Shown here one piece after another: positions 39,689 through 56,500 of a stretch of 64,000 nt of DNA. The translations under genes and the position numbers were made by a program. The DNA comes from Azolla caroliniana (lineage: Eukaryota; Plantae; Polypodiophyta), in the NCBI GenBank assembly GCA_043228905.1, contig JBHGNT010000007.1, forward strand, positions 19,964,001 through 20,028,000. The letters are read 5' to 3'. The notes beneath the pieces were generated by a model that was given only the letters and a program-made list of their open reading frames with translations, did no database searches and was not told where the DNA came from. Position 1 is the first letter of the stretch; each line of letters starts with the position of its first letter.

Positions 39689-41307
39689 AAGCATTCACTG
39701 AAACTCAGATGGTGATGAAATAAATGTGATTTGCAAAGAGATATAAAAGCCAATTTGCAAAATAATGTATACAAGAAATGCTTGTATTGATTCTCATCTG
39801 ATATACAAAAGAGGCCATGCATTCCCTTTTTTTGTGTACAAAAATGCCTGTATTTCCTTACGATATAAATAACACCTTGTACTTCCTTTTTGTACACAAA
39901 AATGCTTGTATTTTCGTTTGATAAACAAATAACACATGTACTGCTTGTTTGTCATTCTTACCTTTTAGATAATGCACGTTGAAGATAACCATGTTATATA
40001 TATATTCCATAGCCTCGTGGAATGGTGTTCAAACTTGTTTATTATGCTCCTTCAGGGTAAAGATACAGTCATGTACAAGTTGGGCCATGCCTGGTAGCAA
40101 CTTGAACTAATTGAAGAATATGTGCTTGTCCACATAATTGTTACATTGTGTCAGTGTACATCTCACACATGAAATCAACATTGGGTACCTATGCATCATC
40201 GAAGACCATACACCCTAAGGTCCTGTGTACAGCTTTAGGACATATTAGCACACTTCATGTATTTGTTTACTTGGATCTCTTTCTCAGTTTAGACAAGAAT
40301 ATCCTTCCATGATAAGAATTAGATGGACGTATCACGGAACCATAAAAACAACTTATTTATATTGCCCTCCATTGTAGTGTGATCAGATGGGAGAGTGTAG
40401 TTATCCCAAAGTTGACTAGGAGACTTGATAGATTTTATTTACACCATGACTAAAGCTTCAAGAGCCAAAAGCCCTAGCTTCTTGAAGATTGGAAATGATA
40501 CATATGTTGTGTGTGTGTATAGAGAGAGAGAGAGAGAGAGAGAACTGAATAATGTCAACAAGCATCACCTTCGGGCCGATTCACCAAACGTGTACATTGA
40601 CATTGTTCAGTTAACTTGCTTGGTTAGGTTATGTATTGTTTGGGTGGCACCATATGGATGTAATTGGTCTTCTCTTGACATGGATGTCATTGTTCATAGT
40701 CTTCTTGTGGCATTAGAGCATTGTAACAAATCAATGTTTCTTTCTACAGTTGCATTCAAGAATCAATTGTATACCATAGCCAATATCATCATGTCTTTGG
40801 CAGGGTGCATTCATTGTAGATAATTTACTTGCATGGTGCTATGAGTGAAATTGGTGTGGACATTAAAATACAATCCAATGTGTAGGAGTTGTGTGGTTTA
40901 GTAGGCCAAATCCATGAAACCTTCTAGCAAATCCCAAGGCAAGGCAAGGAACATTTTATCAATATGTAATCAGTTTATGAAGATAATCTCTATGCATTGA
41001 TTCCGATCGAAGCTATCGAGAATAGAGAATGGTTTGTAGGATTCGTGTTGTTAGGTCTCAGCACTTGACAACGACAATCTCCGGGATGGAAAAGGAAACG
41101 ATGGCAAATGGTGTATTTCAAGCATACAATGCATTGAGTAGAAAGGTGGGGGAGTCTCAAACTCATCAGAAACCACGTAGGTCCAAAGGAAGATAAAAGA
41201 AAAAAAATACTCAAATTCATCAGAAAACAAACGGTGAAACATTCAAGAATATTTGCAAAAAGACGAAAGGAAATGAGAAAGTGAGGAGATAAAAACAATG
41301 TCCGTTG

Positions 41308-41379
41308 TATCAGAGCGAGGTTTCGATCCTCGGACCTGTGGGTTATGGGCCCACCACGCTTCCGCTGCGCCACTCTGAT
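41308..41379 (-). tRNA. tRNA-iMet: Initiator tRNA-Met (CAT), cytosolic
   Basis: Reverse complement ATCAGAGTGGCGCAGCGGAAGCGTGGTGGGCCCATAACCCACAGGTCCGAGGATCGAAACCTCGCTCTGATA: A1:U72 pair, ATCG T-loop, CAT anticodon. A T5 Pol III terminator lies downstream (41291-41295). Confidence 0.96.
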
Positions 41380-41850
41380 ACTGCAATAGGAACTAACCAT
41401 TTTTATTCTAATTATACCTAACATTACATGTATTTGCACCTATATATAATATATGTATGTATGTATGTGGAGACACTTTTGCTTCTTCTTTTCTTCGAAG
41501 AGGTGTGGGTCAAACAATGCATATGCCATAGATAGTAATCCGGTCCAAAAGAACTCCCTTTTGTCGCTTTTGTTAGCCGAAAGGATCAATAGAGAGGCAG
41601 GGCTATGGAAACCCTCGTTTTTATCACTATATTCTTGTGCCATTGTTTGAAATGCCATGCAACTAGCCACTTGTTGGCACTACAAATGTCGTCCAAATAT
41701 ACCTTGTTGCTTTGGCTCCAGAAACACCCCAATGATCATTCGGCAATTATGTGTTATTAAGAATCCCAAGTGTTCAAATATCAAACACTTTCAGCCACAA
41801 GGTAATCATCCGTTCAACAAAGACTCGGATGACATGGGGACCTATGGAGG

Positions 41851-42141
41851 AGTGGAGGGCCCACTCATAGTACGTAAAATTCGTGTTCGTCTAGCATAAC
41901 ATTCATTTTCCTACGTTGGAAAATGAATGCGAATGTTATTCAAACATTCTTGTGTTTTTTTTTGTTTTTTCCCCGTTTTTTTTCATTATTTAGGCTTATT
42001 TACCTCATAATAGGGGTTTAGGGTTTTTCATGATAAATAGTTAATCCAAAAATATGGTATTTATCATTCTTGAGGGTGTTTTTCATACGCGAATGTGAAT
42101 GCACGTATGGTACGTATGGTTCATACTATGGGCCGCCCACT
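41851..42141. mobile_element. Possible MITE-like relic
   Basis: Imperfect terminal inverted repeats agtggagggccca..tagta / tactatgggccgcccact and an internal 12-bp-stem hairpin at 41900-41929. No clear TSD. Confidence 0.35.
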
Positions 42142-42688
42142 AATATAAACTTTAATGAGATTAATGGAGGTACCAAATTTTGCTTAAAGCCATCAAGAAA
42201 ATAAAATTGCGTTCGTCACATCTTTCTTTTTTCTACTCTTCTACGCCCTCTTTGACATCTCTCTACAAGCCTTGTTATTATGTGTAGTGTTCGTACTAAC
42301 CAAAATATTTCATAAGAATTCAATCACTTTAAACAAAATGCTTTCACATGTGCCATTTAAAAGCAAGCACTTGCATTTTATTAAAAACAGCAACACTTTT
42401 GTCTATCTTCTTTGCTTTTTTGAGATAATATCTAAGGCCTGAAACATGGCTGGTCATGTATGATTGACAATAACCATGTATGCAAAGTAACGAGGGATTG
42501 CATGGCTGGAGTTGCATCTTAAAAGTTTCCAAGCATTAAACGGCAAACTGAGCAGACCGATCACTATAGTACAAAATATGTACATGGCTTCTTACATACT
42601 TGAGGTACCGCAATTTCAACACCAACAAAGCTGGAAAACCATTTACAATCTACAGTTATAACTGCAACATCACAACTAGTTCATAAAT

Positions 42689-42845
42689 GTTTTTACTGAA
42701 GAAAATGTATCAGAATCAAAGGTGGCTATGGTATATGGCCAGATGAATGAGAGTTGACCTCCTAATAGCTCTCTAGCAATGGCAGAATATTTCCAAGATG
42801 TCAACAAGTAAGATGTACTTTCATTCACTGACAACATTTATTATT
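42689..42845 (+). pseudogene. Degraded plastid atpB fragment (NUPT)
   Basis: Reads EENVSESKVAMVYGQMN[del]..LAMAEYFQDVNK*DVLSFTDNI. Intronless, with plastid-type residues (EEN.SESKVA, MAEYF.DVNK) rather than the mitochondrial [10 protein letters not shown]. Confidence 0.75.
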
Positions 42846-43558
42846 AACACATATGACACTTTCTCCAATTGCACAAGACAAGATTCACAGACAAATACTG
42901 TGCGGTGTTAGGCACTTGGGATCAAACCAAAGGCACATGAAACAGTAGTATAGCTAGGGTCGCATCCATTGAAACAGCCAAGCAATGAACTTTACAAGGC
43001 AAAGCTATGTAGGGTTTAGGGCTCTGTTACTGAACCAAAATCAACAAGCTAAAATGTACAATTGTCCAATCCCTGAGGTAAAATCCATAACACTACCAAG
43101 TTCTTAATCGAAACACGTGCTATTTCAAGATAATCAAATTGCCCTTCGCTTATTTTTTTTATATAACAGTAACAGTCAATCAGCACTAATCAAAAACCAT
43201 GGTTCCCAACCACTGAATGCAAAATTATGAAATGATCAAAATACCATGATTTCCAAAAACAAATGAAGTAAAAAGACAGTAGATAATAGCATCCACTGCA
43301 GCTGCAACAGCAAGAACTGATCATTATTATCCTGCCTCCGCTCAGTTTCTTAATATATAGTAGCAGCTCATTTCTTCTACACAATGCATATAGGATCCAT
43401 GCAAAACCCTTCTTTTGAAGGGAAGTCCTTCCAAACAAATCCCTCTCAAATTTATTCCTCTTCATCGAGTCATGGTTTGATGATCAGTTATGACAAACTT
43501 TTGACAAAAAAGTGTGAGATTTTGAATGTTGTGGACCATCTCTTAAGAAAAGACTTGC

Positions 43559-47766
<4,208 letters not shown>

Positions 47767-48042
47767 GGCTATGGATGGATGGATGGATGGAAAGGAGAAG
47801 AAGCTCTGAGACACAGAGACACACAGAGACACACAGAGACACAGCTATGGCGATCGTCTCCTTCTTCTTCGTCTGCTCTTTTAAAAAACAGGAAAAGTAA
47901 ATAATTAATTTAAATAAATAAATAAAACAAGCGTAAAAATAAAAATAAAAAGAAGGGCTCAATAATTCTTTGCTTTTTTCTCTTTTCTAGGGTTTCTTCT
48001 CCTCCCTTCCTCCTCCTTTTATTATTATTATTATTCTTATTA

Positions 48043-48084
48043 GTGTATGTATGTACGTATGTATGTGTAGGTACATATACATAC

Positions 48085-48115
<31 letters not shown>

Positions 48116-48163
48116 TGTATGTATGTATGTATGTATGTATGTATGTATGTATGTATGTATGTG

Positions 48164-48195
<32 letters not shown>

Positions 48196-48530
48196 TGTAT
48201 GTATGTATGCATGTATGTATGCATGTATGTATGTGTATATGTATGTATGTATGTATGTATGCATGTATGCATGTATGCATGTATGTATGTATGTATGTGT
48301 AGGTATGTATGTATGTATGTATGTATGTGTAGGTATGTATGTATGTATGTATGTGTATATGCATGCATGTATGTTTGTGTATGCATGCATGCATGTAGGT
48401 ATGTATGTATGCTTGTGTGTGTGTGTATGTATGTATGTTTGTTTGTTTGTTTGTTTGTATGAATGTTTGTGTATGTGTGTATGTGTTGTGCATGTGTGTA
48501 TATTATGGGTGTTCATGTGTGTATGTATTC
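48043..48530. repeat. (TATG)n microsatellite upstream of ATP synthase beta
   Basis: Directly visible. Confidence 0.97.
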
Positions 48531-51500
48531 TGTCTTGTTTGATTCATCACCATGAATGACATACCGTATGTACCTTGAATCTCTCGCTAGAGAACGAGCA
48601 TCGCATGCAGATTTCGGCCTTCGGTGTTTCTCCCTCGACTGCCAATCTATTTACCCTTCATAAGTAGGTTTGCTTGAGAAATTATCTTGTGTATGAGTTA
48701 AACAACAAGCAAATCACATGGTCATGGGTCGGACGTATGAGTGATGACAGTTGTAGAAACTGGAGACATGACCAATGCACAAACACAAGAAGTTCCTCAT
48801 AATGCAATGCTCTTCGGTTTTCTCTCTCTCAACCATTTGCATGTAACATATTAGAGTGGCAAGAAGCTCTCTTCATTATTATTCCAGATTTCTTCGTTAC
48901 ATGCAACTTCTCATGGGCATACCCAATCCCCTGCCATCAACTGTTTGTACCTTCTAGCATAAGATCATGGCTTCGTGTGTTGGTTAGGGTGTCTTTGCGT
49001 ATTATGAGGTTCCCATTTCTACCATATTTACATTGCCCTTAATTATTCTAACATTGGCCCACATGCTTCCTCATTTTGTTGCCCTTATAGCTTTTTCTTA
49101 TATCCTATCTCCTTATATTGGGTACTATAGATGTTTCCACTCTACTCAATGTTGTTGCATAGGCATACACCCTCGTCTTATTATCCTAACATCTTACCCA
49201 ATCAATGTTTCCATGCAACTACATTACGCAACTAAACACTGGCTCCTTATGGACAAATCCAATATACATTTCACTTGTTTCAATGTTTATTGTTGTGCGT
49301 CCTTGTCCATTTGTTGTTATGATATGGCATACCTAACCATGTAGTTATCAAGTATGATTCATACGAGGTCCCATGTCCCACACTAGATAGAACTTACAAC
49401 AACTATCGTCGATCAAATGCATGTGCGTGTCATTGTTAATGAATGGCTCAATGATCAACCTCATGGGAATTTGATAGATGAGACTAAAACATGTCTTATT
49501 TTGGCCACATTTATCTCCTTCACATGAGTTCAAACATCGCTCTTTCTCTCTCCCTTTAGCATAAATTGAACCTTATTGAGGGATGCCTCCTCTTCACTAG
49601 GCATATACGCAACTTGGATGCAAGGTTGGCTCACTGATGCTGGCAAGCTTGTCATTGCATTTCAAATGTCAAATTACTACATATGAAATTTGGATATTCA
49701 TACTAAATTGTATAACAACTTTCAATCATGACGGATCATCCATGAAGAGTTTAATTATGGGTCATGGATGGTTATGCATGAGTCATGCAACCATTTAAAA
49801 GCACAATTGAAATTACAGTGCCTTGATCAAGTTTTAAAACGAGCAAAGTATAGAATGTCACACACTAAGCTCCTCTAGAGGGGCTTCCACAAGAGGCATC
49901 TGAGGTGGTTGAATGAGATTGTTCGCCACACTATCAAACGTTGAGGATCCTTTTGGGTCGATGTTACTTATTGTCATGTAAGAAGAGTATGGTGAGTGTG
50001 GCAACCAACGTTGGTGCCACGATTGAACATTGACTCAATAAACTCCAATTGGGTAAATATAAGATTGAACTTGTCATATACATTGTATTTTATCGTGTGA
50101 AACAGATGACAATAGTGCTCATTGAGTTTTTTCCCCCTTGGAAAATATCCTTTCATTAGTTATAAACAATTATTACAAGAATGTTGACCTACCATCCCCA
50201 TCCCTAAAGGATAAATAATGTAAGCATTCCACCACTTCATAACCTAGTTATCCGATTGGTGGTGTTAAGCATCACATGGGTCTTGCATTATGTTGCACTC
50301 TTCCTTGGGTCCCTATCCCTAAAGGATAAATAGTATCAACTAGTGCGAGTTGAGTTGAGTTCTATCGTGTTCAACTTCTCTTTTGCACACAAAGGAACTC
50401 CATGCAGAGAATACTCATCCGCTACAAACAAGGAGGCTAATATTGAGCCTCCTTGTTGTTTGCCTTATGATATCTAAGGGTGGGCTAAAACCACCACGAT
50501 TCCCACAAACATTGATACTTGAAGACATAAGAGTCAACATCAACACAACATATCTCACATGCACATTTGCACATAAATGGAGCTATGATCCAGAAGCACA
50601 CAATTCGATGCCTTATTGGGCATGCAACCACTTTTGTCATACAATCGCACATTAAAGTAGAGAAAATCACACTCGTGCACCCATCCAGAAAAATGGTCTT
50701 ACAAACACAATTCTAAAGTGTTATCACACCTACATATAGGTGAAATAACCAAGTGTGGGCTTTTGTACCATTGTGAGCATTTGACTTCAACAAACTCTAA
50801 ATACATACTTGTCAACCCCATCTTCATTTCACATGCACACATGGATTTCTACGACAACGGGGGGAAGTGCACCACTACACTTGTGTATCAAGAAAGGAAG
50901 AAGAAGAAGAAGAAGGGTTTGTCATTGTTAAAATAAACATGCAAATGTGAACTTGTTTTCTAATGATAAGCTTGGTCATACCAACTAAAAAAGTTGGAAG
51001 TACGAGGTTACACGATATCTTCTTAGTCAAGGGTATTAGAGCTACATCAACTATACCCCTGATACCATGCTCAACTCAATACACATTGACTATGCAAGAT
51101 GTCCACAATGACTTCGCGAGTTGCATTATAAGGGCACCAATTGACAACGTGATTATTAATGCAACATGGCACATGTCGTGGGAGTGTGAAACCTAGGGGG
51201 TGTATTTATCGCTACACTAGTTCTCGTGATCATTATCGAGGAAAGCCTATTATACATCACAGTTCTCTTTCGACATGTGTCCTAGTACGATTGTCAATCA
51301 ACATAAGGGGCATGCTGCCAAGCATGTCAGACAATGTTATCGGCTCACTTCTTGTTAGTAGATTGGGACAGGGGCTTTGGCGAGAGCATTATGCGAGCAT
51401 CAATTTGCGACGTGGTTGCTTACAAGACAAAACACATGACGATATATTGTTTGTGTAATAGATCAAGGTGGATGAACGTCAAATTACTACTTTGTAGACA

Positions 51501-52199
51501 TGCATCATTATTGGTTTACACTTGGAAGTAGCTTCACTGTGGCTACTTGGAGGAATGTGTAATAATAGGTTCTAGACCTTCAAAGTAAATACTAGTAAAT
51601 TCCTTGCGGCTCATGAACAAGTCACGAATTAATAGATCATGACTTAAAGATGAAAGATCGTTAATGCCTTATCTCCCAATTCCAAATACATATAATCATA
51701 TATATGTCTTATGGTTATTGCATGACCATTGTTAGAATATTAACACACAATGTGCATGTCGGTAGTATTTATGATGCAAATGAACCCAAAAATGGAAAAA
51801 CACAATCATGTAATATTCGTGACTCGGAAAAAGAAAATTTGCCCAAATTTTATTTTCAATTATTCTAGATGTTGTAATTATTTGTGATTAAGTTTTTCTC
51901 AAGGTTCTTGTTGTTTTTCATTAAATTACTATCTCCAAATCTACGAGAATAGGGGTGTTTAATAGCTCAACCCTCTGAATGAAACAATCACTCAAATAGG
52001 TCACTTTGGGTAGAGTGCAACGTGAACTAGCTTTCATGTCCCCTTCCTTCATTCATCACTTCCAAACTCGATGGTATAATGAATGGTCTTCATTGGTTGG
52101 GTTTCCAAGGACTTTGGAGGGGCATCATGGTGTTGTTGGTTTTGAGGCCATTGTTGTTTGCATACAATTGTTTTTTTCTTTGCATAAGATGCTCATGGC

Positions 52200-52470
52200 A
52201 TGATAATTTTGTGTCGTAGGCCTTTACGATGCTTACAATCATTCCAAATGTAGATACAAGCGATATTGTCGGGTTATACACGATCATATTGCATCCATGA
52301 AAAGCATTCTAGTTCGATGTGTGTAAACCCAAGGTGAACATACCCACCAACCTGAATCGTCCACATAATGACATTATGTAACCTAATATCATCAAATAAG
52401 TAATAGCATGCATATCTCATAGAACCAAAATCTACGTATGTGTTGAGAAGGGCAAACGACTCATAACTAA
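52200..52470 (-). pseudogene. Highly decayed PPR fragment
   Basis: ALLNTYVDFGSMRYACYYLFDDIRLHNVIMWTIQVGGYVHLG..ECFSWMQYDRV*PD resembles an S-P motif pair. Confidence 0.65.
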
Positions 52471-52825
52471 TTGCCAACTACCCTCCCATGTCAGAATAAG
52501 CTACCGGAGCAAGAAGAGGGGGGGGGGGGGATTGTATTATTTACTACAACTACGACAACACACGACACTATTCACGACATTGCCGCCACTAGAGGACCCT
52601 GGCTCATAACATTTTGCACGAGTGGATCTCGAAATGACGGAGGAACCTTTTTCTCTATCGCCATTACATTCAACACTATCACGACGAGCGAGAGAGACAC
52701 TCTCACGATCACGGACCACGATTATGACTACGATACGAACACTATATCAGGATGTAGCCATTGCAAGAGGGACCCTAGTGTTCTCGAAATGAGAGAACCT
52801 TCGCTATTGCTGTTACGACGACGAC

Positions 52826-53056
52826 CGTGGCCAAGACTATTACCATTACCATGAACGGGGCTAGGACCATGATGACCATGACTAAGACTATTACCATTAC
52901 CATGAGCATGACCAAGACCCTGATGACCATGACTAGGACCATGATGACCAGGACCATGACCAAGACCATGACTAAGGCCATGACCATGATGACCAAGGCC
53001 AAGACCAAGACCATGACTAAGACCATGACCATGACTAGGAGCAGGACCATGACACG
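52826..53056. repeat. Imperfect GACCAT/GACTAA tri- and hexanucleotide repeat, His/Gly-coding on the minus strand
   Basis: Directly visible (gaccatgactaggaccatgatgacc...). Confidence 0.85.
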
Positions 53057-53336
53057 AATAGGGGTGCCGCTACTGCTGCTGCCACCAGAAGGCATTAGCG
53101 AATGAATGAAAAAGAGAGTTACATACTTATGTTACATGAGTGTTGTGTTGTAACTTGTATCATGTAATGTATGTATATGATGATGGTATGATGATGGTAT
53201 GATGATGGTATGATGATGGATGGATGGTATGGCATGGATGATGATGGTATGTCATGGATGGATGGGTGGGGGGGGTGGGCATCTTTTGAAATTCATGGAA
53301 TTTGCTCATTTCTTTGCAGTTCTGCATTACACTGCT

Positions 53337-53383
53337 TTAGGGTTTCGTCTGTCGGCCTGCGAGCTCTGCATTTCTAGGGTTTC
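53337..53383. promoter_or_regulatory. Two telo-box-like motifs (TAGGGTTT) upstream of the CLASRP gene
   Basis: ttagggttt at ~53337 and ctagggttt at ~53374. Telo-boxes are common near plant housekeeping-gene start sites. Confidence 0.4.
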
Positions 53384-53517
53384 GGCTTGACACAAAGCCA
53401 GCTCTGCTTTTCATCTGTTTGTTTGTTTTTTCCTCTCCTTTAGGGCTTCTTCGTCTCTGCGGAGAGCAAAGAAGGAAGGGAAAACACAAGAAGCAAAGGA
53501 AGATCTGTGCAGAGAGA

Positions 53518-53560
<43 letters not shown>

Positions 53561-53563
<3 letters not shown>

Positions 53564-56500
53564 TGGCATGAAGCGCGAAGGTCTGAGAAGAGGGTCCATG
53601 ACATGATGGATGCTGCTCGGAAGAGAGCAGAAAGGAGAGCAGTTTTCCTCGCCAAGCGAAGAGGAGACCCTCAGCAATCCCTGCGCCTCGTCGGTACACG
53701 CTGTCGCGTCCACCACGATCCTTCTCTCTATCAAGCAACTCAAGAACAACAAGGATTGTATGGTTCTTTCTTCTTCCCATTTCTTCATTAGATACACATC
53801 TATTTATATGGTTTTGTTATTGTTATGTCTTCTCTCTTCCGTCTTGTCTTTGTTTTCATTAGAAGTGGCATCGGTATGTTCCTTTTCTTCATTAGCAATC
53901 GAGTCAATGTCTGGCTTTATTATCATTATCATTGGCATCTCTAGCATTGACATCTCTAGCATTGGCATCCGCATCTGTTTTCTTGTAAGAAATGGCATTC
54001 GTATGCTTCTTTTCCATTAGAAATGACATCCATGTACTCCATTTCTGATAGAAATGGCTGCTGTTGGCTGTCTTTTCGTCTAGCTGATTGATCTGTACAC
54101 AATATTATCCATGTAGAAGTAGCATGCTTCGTATCTGTCTTCCTCATTTTACTTACTAAACTTATAGATTACACATGATATTATGCATCTAGAGACTTTC
54201 AAATTTAGTTGATTGATTGTCCCATCCTTTAAATTTGAAGTCGGAGGTAAGTGCAGCAAATCATGAAATTTCAAATCTGGATATGGAAACTCAAAATTTT
54301 CTAATTGCTTGATTAAATATCTACATAATTTCCAACAGCACACCCAATCACATAAAGACTCGGCACAAAAATTTGTCAATATCTCCATGAAGCATCATGA
54401 GAAATGATTGCAGGCGCTGGTGAGAAACTTTTGTAGACCTAAATTGCCCCAAAGTTCCTTCAAACGAATTTGAAAATTCTCAGGGTGGGTTGAATTAGTC
54501 TTAATAGAACATAATCAGACAAGACGAGATTGTAGAAACACTGAGGTAGAAACCAATGTATCACGTATCAATGGGTTGAGGCATTTCTAGCTGGAGAGAA
54601 TGCTCAACAGTTGTGTTCTGTTTTTCCACTATTGAAGACATTGAAACATGGCAACCATGCCCATAGAGAAGATCCATGCAATGAATGACTGAAGATTGCG
54701 GCAATACAGTTGCAGGATCCAGTTGAATTAAATCATCTGATTTGTAGACTCCTTCATGGTTGAATTTGTTGGCAACCCATGAACGAAGAAAACTATCGTG
54801 GCTCATGTGTACCTTATTTGGTGTCAATAAGTGATATGATAAATATCTGCTGTCAAGAAGTTCATATCATCAATCTAAGGTTGTTGATTGAACATGCAGC
54901 CCAAAGTAAAATGCATGATAACAATGTAACATCAAAGACATCATATATTTCAGATGCTAAATCACATCATCCATACATGTAACATGAATAATATCTTTTT
55001 GTTATTATTTCCATATATGTTCTTGCTTCTATATTGTTAACTAAATGGGTGTTAATGTTGATCCTTATGCAGGATTCCTTGGAATGGCAAGCAAAACAAT
55101 CTTATTGACAGGTGGTGAATTCTGTCAGCCATTTTCAAAAGATTGTCATACTTATGCCTTGGGTTAATGTACTCTCATGTGAGTTCACCATTGGGACATA
55201 TGAGACATGCTAAACATAGAATTGTGTTAAACTAACACCTGAAAACTATGATGCAGGTTTGATGGAAGAGCTCTGCTTGATTTCATTCGAGAGAATGATG
55301 GAAAGTTTCGTCCTCAAACAGAGAAGACAGAGGAAGAAGAGGAATTAGAGGAGCTTGTAAATTTTGAAAGATATAGAGATCTTGTGAAACACAGACGCAA
55401 AGGATGTATGTATTGCTGAGTTTCTCATTGAGAGTCACTTACTTTTATTGATATCATGATTTTATGATGAATTCAGGTAACCTTTGATCCTTCATAAAGT
55501 TTCATTAATTCATTGTGATTCTTGCGTACGTGCTTTCAGTAAATGATGAGCAAGGGCTTGATGATGTTGAACAAGAACTTGAGGCCAAAGCAGTGGCACC
55601 ATTCATTTCAGACAGGTCAAACTTCCTTAAAATCATTTAACTTGATGGCTGAGAGTACAAAATATAATCTAATCTAAAGTGTCTTCACTGGTGGTTTTGT
55701 TTTTTGTTTTTGAAAATACCGCTGATAAATCTATGCATTCAATTTTTATTTGTTATGATGGTGTCAACCTGATGTTGAAATTTTCTCTCCATATTCTTAC
55801 AGGCAACGCGCTGCACAGGCTGTTCAGCCAGGCACAGGGACATATGCTCAGGTTGCATTTGCATATGATGCAGATGCTAAGGAAGATTCTTCTGACAGTG
55901 ATGGTTTTGATGATGACGACGAAGAGGATAGTAGCAGTGAAGATAGTGAAGATGAAGAAATAGAAGCCATTGCAAGGCAGCATGGAATAAAGAGGTTTAA
56001 TTGGCTTCTTTATACGGACCGAAAGGCTAAAGAAGATGAGAAGAAACAGAAAGAGGCTGTCAAAGGTGATCCTACAATGGTAAGACAGGCGAAATCTAGT
56101 ATCTTTTTTAAGGTTTAGCTGTGAACAAGTGAAGAACTTAGCATGCTGCTGTGTCATATAAATATTCTGCGTTATTTGTTTACTGAAGAGGAAATTGAGT
56201 CGTAAGGAGAGGAGGAAAGCTTCACAGCAAGAGAGGGAGAAAGAAAAAGAAGCAGGCCGCATCACAAGTAGCCGCTTTTCATACCATGATCCATACAGGT
56301 TCTGGAGGCATTCTTTTATTGGATTTATGTTTTTATATGTTCTTTCTTTTCCCAACATCAAAAGTCTTCCTCGGCATTCTGTTTACTGTGAATAATGTAG
56401 ACTTTGCATTTCTTATAGGGAACCGAGGGGCAGTCCAACATATGATGACTATTCAAGATCTCGGAGGTTGGTTAGTGTAGACACTCATGCTTCAATGGGA

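Noticed and set aside
47910-48559. HTYI/MYVC repeat ORFs
   Set aside because: Translations of the (TATG)n microsatellite.
48600-51600. Region that looks like old transposon debris
   Set aside because: No diagnostic motif, terminus or TSD could be identified by eye; needs RepeatMasker or tBLASTx.
52775-53095. Val/Met/Leu-rich 'membrane protein' ORF and the opposite Thr/Met-rich ORF
   Set aside because: Alternative frames of the GACCAT repeat; the His/Gly frame is reported separately.
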